Origin: Gammaproteobacteria bacterium
GTDB taxonomy: Bacteria; Pseudomonadota; Gammaproteobacteria; SZUA-229
Direction of reading: 5' to 3'
Length of the DNA stretch: 64,000 bases
Assembly: GCA_041589455.1 (NCBI GenBank)
Contig: JBFHVQ010000003.1
Coordinates: forward strand, 7,050-71,049
Of this stretch, positions 53,281-61,437 are shown piece by piece (position 1 is the stretch's first letter; each line of letters starts with the position of its first letter). Made by a program: the position numbers and the translations under genes. The notes below the pieces were generated by a model, which was not told where the DNA came from, searched no databases, and saw nothing but the letters and a program-made list of their open reading frames with translations.

Positions 53281-55323
53281 TTAAAACTTCATGCGTGCTT
53301 CGAGGTAAATGTTACGTTTTGCTAATGGCAAATCATTTGTAATATTACGACCTGTGAATTCTCTTGCATCAGAGTCGAATAGATTTCTAACAGACATAGA
53401 AAACTCCCAGTAATTACTGTTGGAGTACCTCAGTGTTGAGTCAGTAATTGTATGATCGTCTACTGATTGACGGCTGTCATTGCTTCTTCTTTCTCTTTCG
53501 CCGATCCAGCTTGATTGTATGTTCCAGTTGATATTTTCGCTTGGACTCCAGTTCAAGCTAATAAATGCTTGATGATCGGCTTCCTGTATGGCAGGTGGAT
53601 TGTCATCATGTGATCTTGCGGTGTAATTGGCAATGAAGTTGGCGGTATCAGTTGCCTGCCATCTTGCTTCTATCTCAAGGCCTCTAATATTGTGTTTACC
53701 AATATTCTGGTACTGACCGTTATTGTCTCGAGAGATGAGGTCTGATTGTTGTATGTGAAACAAATTTAAAGCCAGTAGCAAATCAGTGTGGAAAGTATAG
53801 TTAAGAGCTAATTCAATAGTTTCTGAACGCTCAGGATCTAATTCAGTATTGGGCGTTGAGAATGAGGTGAATGCGAAAAGCTCATTATATGTTGGCGGCC
53901 TGAAGGCTTTTCCGTAAATAAGTTTTGAAGTTAGCTTTTCTGTGGTTTGCCAGACCAGAGCGGCACGTGGGTTAAAGGTGTTGCCAAAATCAGAATATTG
54001 ATCGTAGCGGGCGCCTGCCGTTAATTCCCAATTGTTATTGATGGTCCAGATGTCTTCAATAAATGCATGTTTGATAATGCGTGACTTTTCAGGGGCAAAG
54101 GCAAACTGGCTGTCGGATATGTCGAGCAGTGGGCTGCCGGCACTTATTGGGTTGCCGTCGGCGTCAGTGCCAAAATTAACCATATGTACTACAGAGTAGA
54201 GGTCCTGCCAGGTATAACCTGTGCCCAGGGTCAGGTTATGATTCTGAAAACCAGAGTAGCTTGTGTGTAGCTGAAGTGTAACGCGTCGTTCTGAGGCATC
54301 GTTGCGATTTATTAGTCCATCAGGGTAGGTGCCTGAGCCATCGGTGTAACCGGGAGGGCGTTCGAAAAATCCTTCGCCAGATGTGTAATCAAGGTGCTGG
54401 TATCGTAGTTCTGCATTCAGGGACCAGTTGTCGTTAAAGTTGGTATTGTTATAGAACAGATCCAGGTTGAAACGAGAATCTTCGCCTTTTGTCAAAGGGT
54501 CAAGTACGCCAAATCCAGTTAGGCCAATTTCAACATCCTGCTGTTCACGGTAATCTGCCTGCAGTCGCCAGTGGTCTTTGGCCAGGGACATTCGTAGGTC
54601 ATGACTTTCCCAGCCGTAGTTTGCGTCGGCAGGTGCATAGCTGGGGCCAATTGCATTCGTCTGGCCGTCGCTTTCGATAAAAGGGGCGTGTCCATTTGTT
54701 CTGGAGAAATCTGCAGTAAAGGCAAATTCATAGCCATTGAAATGATTGCCATGTTGTAGCCACAGGTTTTGGGTGTTAAAGCTGCCGCTTCGTACACCAA
54801 ATTCATTATGCCTGATACGGCTTGCCGTTTTAGTTATGACGTTGACGATGCCCGCTGAAGCGTCAGCGCCAAATAGTGCAGAACCTGGGCCGCGGATGAC
54901 TTCTATGCGTTCAATGATGCTGGCGGGAATACCCTTCCAGAAAATCCCCAGGTTCCAGGTCAGGTCTTTCAGTGAGTTGCCATTGATCATTACCAGCGTT
55001 TGGTTTCCGGTTGTTCCGCGAAACTGTATTAGTGGCCTGTTTGCAAACTGGCTGGATCTTATGTGTATGCCTGGAACGGTCTGTAATGCCTCTGTAAGGT
55101 TTGTTGCGCCACTGGCTTTAATTTCATCAGCGGTTATCAGGCTGACTACAGCAGGTGCTTTGCTTGCAGTGCGCTTGGATGTCGTGGCTATAGTGGTTTC
55201 GAGACTAATGAGTTCTTCAAGGCTTAGTGAGAGAAAGTGGTCGAGTTGGTGGCTGGCGTGAGCGGTATATATAGGGGTTTGGCTGAGTGCAATTAATGCA
55301 CACAAAGAATAAGGTTTAAGCAT
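53281..55323 (-). CDS. TonB-dependent outer-membrane receptor
   Basis: 680 aa with a signal peptide, a plug domain (VVSLITADEIKASGATNLTEALQTVPGI...IEVIRGPGSALFGADASAGIVNVITK), a long beta-barrel and a terminal aromatic residue (...YLEARMKF). Confidence 0.9.
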   Translation of the reverse strand: MLKPYSLCALIALSQTPIYTAHASHQLDHFLSLSLEELISLETTIATTSKRTASKAPAVVSLITADEIKASGATNLTEALQTVPGIHIRSSQFANRPLIQFRGTTGNQTLVMINGNSLKDLTWNLGIFWKGIPASIIERIEVIRGPGSALFGADASAGIVNVITKTASRIRHNEFGVRSGSFNTQNLWLQHGNHFNGYEFAFTADFSRTNGHAPFIESDGQTNAIGPSYAPADANYGWESHDLRMSLAKDHWRLQADYREQQDVEIGLTGFGVLDPLTKGEDSRFNLDLFYNNTNFNDNWSLNAELRYQHLDYTSGEGFFERPPGYTDGSGTYPDGLINRNDASERRVTLQLHTSYSGFQNHNLTLGTGYTWQDLYSVVHMVNFGTDADGNPISAGSPLLDISDSQFAFAPEKSRIIKHAFIEDIWTINNNWELTAGARYDQYSDFGNTFNPRAALVWQTTEKLTSKLIYGKAFRPPTYNELFAFTSFSTPNTELDPERSETIELALNYTFHTDLLLALNLFHIQQSDLISRDNNGQYQNIGKHNIRGLEIEARWQATDTANFIANYTARSHDDNPPAIQEADHQAFISLNWSPSENINWNIQSSWIGERERRSNDSRQSVDDHTITDSTLRYSNSNYWEFSMSVRNLFDSDAREFTGRNITNDLPLAKRNIYLEARMKF

Positions 55324-56137
55324 CGTATGTTATCGGCTTTTGTGATTTTACTATTCAAAATATACTACCAACTATAATAGCGCAAGTTCACAGTAATGAA
55401 TCCTGGATAAATCGTGGTGTGTCGGTGATTGTGATTGTGAAAATTTTAGATAAGGGACTGAAAAACTTCCATGTGTTAGCTGCAACTAGTGATATGTAAG
55501 AAAATGATAGCGGACTTATCATGTATGTATATGGTGCATGAAGATAAGGGAGATAGCGTACAAATGTGTAGTGTTGATTGTGTTTGAGGTGTCAGATGTG
55601 CTCGTGGGATCATAATGTGGCCAGAGATTGTTACCATAAATTGGCCGTATTTAGCATCAAATAAGAAGTCGATTCTAATAATGCTAAGGTTCTGCTGTAT
55701 CAGCAGGCTGTGTAAAAACTCAAAATATTTTAGGCTGGTGGGGGCTCACGCCTAAATTCACGCACTCATATAGCAATAAAGCAAAAATAAAACTCACTTG
55801 AAATGAGTTATTGGATAATAATAACTTTCATTTCCCAACTTCAAAAAACATATATAGTTTTTACACGGTCTGTCAGGAAAGCGGGCGAGTTACCTAAAAT
55901 AGCAAGAGGCAGAAATCGGCCAGAAGCAGCCAGTTCTCCTTGTCATTACAAGCCAGGCGAGAATCTTTCAATTCTCTCACCATCTTTGTAGATAGCCAAA
56001 AATAGACACGAAGTCCTCTTTCTCGGTTTCGATCAAATTATCTCATATACATCCATTTTTGTCTGACATAAATCAATTCTATCACGAGTAAAGATGAGTA
56101 AAATTTGTGTATATGCAAGCCAAGGGAGGGCGGGCAA

Positions 56138-59100
56138 ATGTATATCTACAATCTTTCTGTTAGAGTTGTTTTTGTCCTGTTTTTCACGCTCGCAGCAGTA
56201 AGTTGCGGTGGTGGTGGAGGCAGTAGCGGCAGTAAAGACAGTGGCGGCGGAGACGGATCGGATGATACGGAGCTTGTGACCGGACAGTTTATCGATGCCG
56301 CGGTTGAAGGTCTGGAATACCAGTGTTCTACAGGTGAATTTAGCGTCAACCGGGGAACGACCAACAGCAACGGGGAATTCACTTGCCCTCAAGGAGATTC
56401 TGTTACCTTCTACCTGGGGCATATCCAGCTGGGGACGGTAGCCGCGGATGGTGCAGTGGTCACGCCTTACAATCTGTATCCAGGGGATGGCCAGTCAGCA
56501 ATTAATCTTTCTAGGATTTTGCAGTCGATAGATGTTGATGGCGATGTCAGTAATGGTATTACTGTTAATGATGCATTGGTCAATAGCATTCCCGCAGATG
56601 CTGACATGTCCAGCACAAATTTTGGGGATTACATCACTAGTACAACCTCTATTACGCTCGTTACAGAAGCGCAAGCTCAAGCGCATTTAAATCAAACGAT
56701 TATTGAATCGATTGCTCCAACAACAGCACCGGTTGCTAACGCAGGTGCCGATCAGACTGCTTTTATTGGCAATACGATCATTCTGGATGGATCAGCATCC
56801 AGCGATGCTGATGGGGATTCATTACAATATACCTGGTCCTGGTATCGTAAACCTGTTGGCAGCACTGCAGAGTTTCTGAGTCAAGGAGGTGATGGCAACA
56901 GTTTTGTCGCTGATGTTTCTGGTTTGTACACGGTTAGTCTCTGGGTTTTTGATGGTCATGTGACTGTTTTTGATCGTGTAAACATTACCGTAAATATCGA
57001 ACCTGACCGCGGTGATGCCAGCCTGTCTTCGTTGATACTTTCCTCCGGCGAATTCAGTCCCGAATTCGATCAGGCCACTTATGTTTATAGTGCTGAATTC
57101 GCCAACAATGTAAGTTCAATCACGATCACTGCTATTAGCTCACAGCCTGGTGTTGCACTCTTAATGAATGGTGATTCTATTGTGAGTGGCGAAGAGAGTG
57201 CTTCAATTCCTCTATCCGTTGGAAGTAATACCATTGAAATTGAATCTACAGCACTTGATGGTATGACGACTCGTACGTACGTGATTACGGTTACACGCCT
57301 CGCGAATTCAAATCAGACACCCGTTGCGGATGCAGGCGATGATCAGGTCGTGACGTCTGGAGTACAGGTTAATCTTGATGGTTCCGGTAGTAGTGATAGT
57401 GATGGCGACAATCTGACCTATTCGTGGAGTTTTGTTTCGATGCCAGGTTCGAGCAACGCAGTTTTATCCAGCAGTAGTGGTGTCTCACCATCATTCTTAG
57501 CAGATCTCGGTGGTATCTATACCTTGCAATTGATTGTATATGATGGACAGGCCAATAGTGCTCCTGATCAGGTGGCCATCACGGCAACCAGTGTTCCGGT
57601 TGCCAATGCCGGTCCTGATCAGACTCTTCAGGCTGGTAGTGTTGTTTACCTTGATGGCAGCGGTAGTAGTGACAGTGATGGTGATAATCTGACTTATTCG
57701 TGGAGCTTTCTTTCTGTTCCTCAATCAAGCAGCGCTGTATTGTCAGACAGCAGCAGTGCTACGCCAAACTTTACTACCGACCTCAGTGGTAACTATGAGG
57801 TTCAATTGATTGTTAACGATGGCCAGAGTGACAGCGTTGCGGACATTGTTATCATCCTTGCCGAAGAATTGTCATCAGGATGGATGCACCCACTCAGCGA
57901 AGATAGCCATATTAGTGTTGCTGGCGCCTCAGGTATTTTGCAAACAGCAGTGAATAATCAGGGTCAGGCCATCGCAGCCTGGACTACTGGTGATGGCGGC
58001 ACGGATTGCGGAGGATATGAATGCGCCCAGGTATTTGTCAGTCTTCACGACAATGGTAGCTGGACCCAAATTGCAGGCCTTAGTGACAACATCAGTCCCG
58101 ATGGCTTTAATGCCAGCGATGTAAGGGTGGCAATAGATGATACCGGCGACGCCATCGTTGTATGGCGAATGAATACTGCCTGGAACTCATTATGCGGTTC
58201 TTACACGTCGCAATGTAGTCACATCTATATGAGTGAGTACCGTGATGGCTCCTGGTCGCACCCAGTTGATATGAATGATCATATTGATCCCAGTCGAGTG
58301 AATAACGTTTCACAGAGGCCCAGGGTGGCAATGGCTGATAATGGTGAAGCCGTCATCGTATGGCAATCTCAGTCAACCTCGGATGTCGGTAATATTGGTA
58401 TCTATAAAAAAGAATATCGCAACGGTAGCTGGACACAGCCAGCGACAACCGATTTTATACCGAAATCATACTGGAATCCCGAAGTAGCCATGGATGACAG
58501 CGGCAATACCCTTATTGTCTGGCAGTCCAGTGATAGTAATTATCATAGCCGCTTATACCTAAGTGAATATCGTGGTGGTACCTGGAGTCATCCGAGTGAT
58601 CTGGATGCCGATGCCTTCAATCCTCCTGGTCAGGTCTGTCCGGGAATAACCTGCCCGATTCCAGTTAACATTGCCATGGACAACAACGGAAATGCCATCA
58701 TTGTCTGGGATCAGCGTACCACGACTTATGCAGACTACTACGATGGTGCAATCTACAGGAGTGAGTACCGCAACGGTAGCTGGACACATCCTGCAAACGT
58801 CAACGACACTGTTAACTCAGGTGAAATGACCGACTGGGCCCGTTACCCTGAGGTCGCCATGGATAACAATGGCAATGCGTTGATTGTCTGGGCACAGAAC
58901 GACGATACACTCGATTGTATGGTTTCACCTCCCAATGTATATGGTTCATTTGAATGGCCTTGCCAGCAGATTTTTGTGAGTGAATTCCGCGATGGCAGCT
59001 GGACCGAACCGCTGAACAAGTCCGACCATATCAGTCTTCCCGGTCAGCCTGCACACGCTATGCGTAGTAGTACTATCAAGTCCTACTCGGTGGCCATGAG

Positions 59101-60844
59101 TGATAATGGCGATGCTGTGATTGCCTGGGCGGAAACACTACCGTCAGATACTTGTGGTGAAACTGAAAGACAGATATTTGTCAGCCAGTACCAGGATGGT
59201 GGCTGGGTGCATCCGGTGAGTAACGAGGACCACATACTTGGCCTGAACCTTAATACCTACCTACCTCAGGCTATGATGGATGATGAGGGTACCGTTTTGC
59301 TGGGATGGACTGGCTATGTGACTGACTTAAATATTTATTTCAGCCAATATGAATGTATGGGATGTGAAACTGGGTTGCCTGCCGTCATTGCGCCTCGCAA
59401 TCTGGAGGCAGTCCCCGGTAATGGGTTGATAGACCTGAGCTGGCAGGCAGTTAGTAATGCTGATTACTACAATCTCTACTGGAGTGTCAGCGGTGAGGCT
59501 AGCACTGACTCAACACCGATCACTGCCATTATGGGCAGCAGCTATCAACATACTGCTCTGGACAATCGTACGACGTACAGCTACCTCGTGACAGCAGTCC
59601 TGCCAGATACCACCGAAAGCCAGCCATCCAGCCAGGCGGTTGCGACCCCTACGGCATGTGCAGGCTGTGAGCCGCTTCTGTCACAGACTTTCCTGTCAGG
59701 TTCGATCTCTACCGATGAAGGTAAGGGTGTCGGTGTTGATTCAGATGGGAATGTATTTGTAACCGGTTATACCTTTGGAGGTATGGACGGCAATATCAGT
59801 AATGGTAGCTCCGATTTGTTTATTTCCAGGTATGCCAGTGGTAGTCGGCAGTGGACGGTTCAACCTGGCTCAGATGCGTATGAAAGAGGTAACGATCTGG
59901 CACTCGATACCGGAGGTAATATCTACGTGGCAGGTGGTGGAACCCTGTTGTCGAAATACAGCTCATCAGGTGTATTGCAATGGTCAGTGATGACTCATCT
60001 TTTCGCTGAAGTTGAAGCTTTTGGAGTTGTCGTAGATGCTTCCGGCAATATCTATATCACCGGCAGTACTACGGTCGAACTGTATGGCAATCCGAATGTG
60101 GGAGGGCAAGATATATTCCTCGCCAAGTACAATGCTGATGGAGAGTTACAGTGGAGCGTGCAGACCGGTACCGCATTAAATGATCGTGGAAATGATCTAG
60201 CCCTGGATAGCGAGGGTAATATTCTCGTCACTGGCTACACCTCAGTTAATGGTAATTACATTGGCGATGCCTTTATCACCAAGTACAGTCCGGCTGGCGA
60301 TTTGATCTGGTACGAAGATTTTGAGCGGGGTCTGGGCGATCAGTACATGTCAAAAGCCTATGGTATCGCCCTGGATGCCGACGACAATGCCTACATCACT
60401 GGTCATGCAGATTACCGACTGTTCCGAAGATACAGTGTTTCGGGATTTGAAGCTTTTGTTGTGAAGTACAGCCCTGATGGTTGCTTCCAGTGGGCAAGAC
60501 AAAGAGGAGTGTCCGGCAGTTTTGACTACAGCAATGGTATTGTGGTCGATCAAGACGCGAACATCTACATTATTGGTACAACACAGGGCGCATTGGATGG
60601 TAACACACATAATGGAGAAGACGATATTTTCATCATGAAGTATGAAGCTGGTGGTATTCATGCCTGGACCCAGCAATATGGTGAAGCTGGTCATGATCGT
60701 GGATATGCTATTGCTCTCGATGCCAGCGGCAACATTTTGACTGTCGGGGCTTCTGATGGCGACCTTAACGGTGAAACGAATAATGGAAGTGGAACGCTCT
60801 ATAATTTCGATATTTTCTTGATGAAGCTTAGCCGGCAGGACTGA
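56138..60844 (+). CDS. Giant mosaic surface lipoprotein
   Basis: 1568 aa from the ATG at 56138 (SD AAGGGAGGG 8 nt upstream), with lipobox FTLAAVS-C followed by a Gly/Ser linker. Domains read from the translation:
- Three ~90-aa modules that look PKD/REJ-like (ANAGxDQ...LDGSGSSDSDGDxLTYSWS), at 56726-56995 and 57317-57862.
- One segment that resembles a cadherin-like beta-sandwich (LSSLILSSGEFSPEFDQATYVYS), at 57010-57300.
- About eight ~60-aa Trp repeats, at 57950-59355.
- An FN3-like module (PRNLEAVPGNGLIDLSWQAV...YYNLYWS), at about 59395-59650.
- C-terminal repeats that resemble SBBP beta-propeller repeats (GNIYVTGYT...DIFLAKY...G...W), at about 59700-60840. Confidence 0.85.
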   Translation: MYIYNLSVRVVFVLFFTLAAVSCGGGGGSSGSKDSGGGDGSDDTELVTGQFIDAAVEGLEYQCSTGEFSVNRGTTNSNGEFTCPQGDSVTFYLGHIQLGTVAADGAVVTPYNLYPGDGQSAINLSRILQSIDVDGDVSNGITVNDALVNSIPADADMSSTNFGDYITSTTSITLVTEAQAQAHLNQTIIESIAPTTAPVANAGADQTAFIGNTIILDGSASSDADGDSLQYTWSWYRKPVGSTAEFLSQGGDGNSFVADVSGLYTVSLWVFDGHVTVFDRVNITVNIEPDRGDASLSSLILSSGEFSPEFDQATYVYSAEFANNVSSITITAISSQPGVALLMNGDSIVSGEESASIPLSVGSNTIEIESTALDGMTTRTYVITVTRLANSNQTPVADAGDDQVVTSGVQVNLDGSGSSDSDGDNLTYSWSFVSMPGSSNAVLSSSSGVSPSFLADLGGIYTLQLIVYDGQANSAPDQVAITATSVPVANAGPDQTLQAGSVVYLDGSGSSDSDGDNLTYSWSFLSVPQSSSAVLSDSSSATPNFTTDLSGNYEVQLIVNDGQSDSVADIVIILAEELSSGWMHPLSEDSHISVAGASGILQTAVNNQGQAIAAWTTGDGGTDCGGYECAQVFVSLHDNGSWTQIAGLSDNISPDGFNASDVRVAIDDTGDAIVVWRMNTAWNSLCGSYTSQCSHIYMSEYRDGSWSHPVDMNDHIDPSRVNNVSQRPRVAMADNGEAVIVWQSQSTSDVGNIGIYKKEYRNGSWTQPATTDFIPKSYWNPEVAMDDSGNTLIVWQSSDSNYHSRLYLSEYRGGTWSHPSDLDADAFNPPGQVCPGITCPIPVNIAMDNNGNAIIVWDQRTTTYADYYDGAIYRSEYRNGSWTHPANVNDTVNSGEMTDWARYPEVAMDNNGNALIVWAQNDDTLDCMVSPPNVYGSFEWPCQQIFVSEFRDGSWTEPLNKSDHISLPGQPAHAMRSSTIKSYSVAMSDNGDAVIAWAETLPSDTCGETERQIFVSQYQDGGWVHPVSNEDHILGLNLNTYLPQAMMDDEGTVLLGWTGYVTDLNIYFSQYECMGCETGLPAVIAPRNLEAVPGNGLIDLSWQAVSNADYYNLYWSVSGEASTDSTPITAIMGSSYQHTALDNRTTYSYLVTAVLPDTTESQPSSQAVATPTACAGCEPLLSQTFLSGSISTDEGKGVGVDSDGNVFVTGYTFGGMDGNISNGSSDLFISRYASGSRQWTVQPGSDAYERGNDLALDTGGNIYVAGGGTLLSKYSSSGVLQWSVMTHLFAEVEAFGVVVDASGNIYITGSTTVELYGNPNVGGQDIFLAKYNADGELQWSVQTGTALNDRGNDLALDSEGNILVTGYTSVNGNYIGDAFITKYSPAGDLIWYEDFERGLGDQYMSKAYGIALDADDNAYITGHADYRLFRRYSVSGFEAFVVKYSPDGCFQWARQRGVSGSFDYSNGIVVDQDANIYIIGTTQGALDGNTHNGEDDIFIMKYEAGGIHAWTQQYGEAGHDRGYAIALDASGNILTVGASDGDLNGETNNGSGTLYNFDIFLMKLSRQD
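57317..57862 (+). repeat. Tandem duplication of a ~270-bp PKD/REJ-like module inside the lipoprotein gene
   Basis: The two copies share long near-identical DNA stretches: cttgatggttccggtagtagtgatagtgatggcgacaatctgacctattcgtggag versus cttgatggcagcggtagtagtgacagtgatggtgataatctgacttattcgtggag. Confidence 0.8.
57950..59355 (+). repeat. About eight tandem ~60-aa coding repeats (consensus roughly VAMDxxGNAxIVWxQ...IYxSEYRxGSWxxP), probable beta-propeller blades
   Basis: The repeats can be read directly from the translation: GEAVIVWQS...YRNGSWTQP, GNTLIVWQS...YRGGTWSHP, GNAIIVWDQ...YRNGSWTHP, GNALIVWAQ...FRDGSWTEP, GDAVIAWAE...YQDGGWVHP, and so on. Several blades carry a Cys pair. Confidence 0.75.
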
Positions 60845-61297
60845 GAGTTCAGTTTCTCATTTCATAATGTCGGGACAATATCAGGTTAGCAGTTAATGAA
60901 AAACAGGGGTGTTTTGTTTTTTATGATCTCTCAAGGAGAAGTGGCTGCTGATATTATGGTTTGTTGAAAATTACAAGGTATCAGCCTCTCTGGTTCTTAT
61001 TCAAATTTCAGGAAAATGGTAGCTGTCATATCAAGAAAGGTTTTTCTTTTCACAATATCTCATTGCATTGGGGTAGGATTAAATAGAAGTCTTAGAATAA
61101 GCCCAGGTAGGCTAAATATTAAGAGGTGCACTAAAAAATTGAACGATGGCTTCAGGGTGGTAGCCGACCAGGTTGGACTTTTAAATTGGGTTGCTCTGAA
61201 GTCAAAATGGCCAGGTTAGGTAATAAGTTTACCAATTTCTGACCAAAGCGGCCACATTATGGTTTCGTGCACAGGTGTGGGTAAAAAAGTGTAAAAA

Positions 61298-61374
61298 TGG
61301 TGGGCCTGGAAGGACTCGAACCTTCGACCGATCGATTATGAGTCGAGCGCTCTAACCAACTGAGCTACAGGCCC
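61298..61374 (-). tRNA. tRNA with CAT anticodon, most likely tRNA-Ile2 (lysidine-modified); elongator tRNA-Met not excluded
   Basis: 77-nt cloverleaf on the minus strand. Acceptor stem GGGCCTG/CAGGCCC, D-arm GCTC-AGTTGGTTA-GAGC, anticodon loop CT-CAT-AA, T-arm GAAGG-TTCGAGT-CCTTC, and an encoded CCA. It is not an initiator, because 1:72 is paired and there is no GGG/CCC anticodon stem. C4-G69, C5-G68 and GACTCATAATCG resemble E. coli ileX, which also lies near rpoD. Confidence 0.85.
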
Positions 61375-61389
61375 ATATAGGGCGGGTCA

Positions 61390-61420
61390 CAAAAAACAGA
61401 CGCACATTATATGCGTCTGT
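61390..61420 (-). terminator. Rho-independent terminator downstream of rpoD
   Basis: The minus strand reads ACAGACGCA-TATAATG-TGCGTCTGT followed by TTTTTTG, ~20 nt after the rpoD stop. Confidence 0.75.
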
Positions 61421-61437
61421 TCGATTTCGACAAGCTT

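Noticed and set aside
54746-55261. 171-aa plus-strand ORF (and the 54489-54680 ORF)
   Set aside because: It is antisense to the plug domain of the TonB-dependent receptor, has no SD and resembles no family. It is a shadow frame.
55324-55600. Cobalamin or other riboswitch, or a Fur box, upstream of the TonB-dependent receptor
   Set aside because: I found no B12-box-like GCCACTG core. The best Fur-like stretch (AGTAATGAATCCTGGATAA) matches only about a third of the 19-mer consensus.
55803-56422. 62-aa plus-strand ORF (55803-55991) and 129-aa minus-strand ORF (56033-56422)
   Set aside because: The first has no ribosome-binding site. The second runs antisense through the start of the giant lipoprotein gene. 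Neither shows family motifs.
61102-61223. Three short CCAGGT(T)(A/G)G direct repeats downstream of the tRNA
   Set aside because: Only 8-9 nt are shared, the copies are degenerate and the spacing is irregular (64 and 45 bp). This is within chance expectation for a 450-bp spacer.
49787-61374. Genomic island integrated at the tRNA(CAU) gene
   Set aside because: There is no integrase, transposase or phage gene. I could not find a direct repeat of the tRNA 3' end; the only resemblance, tgggtgggcgg near 50105, is too short. Compositional oddity alone is insufficient.
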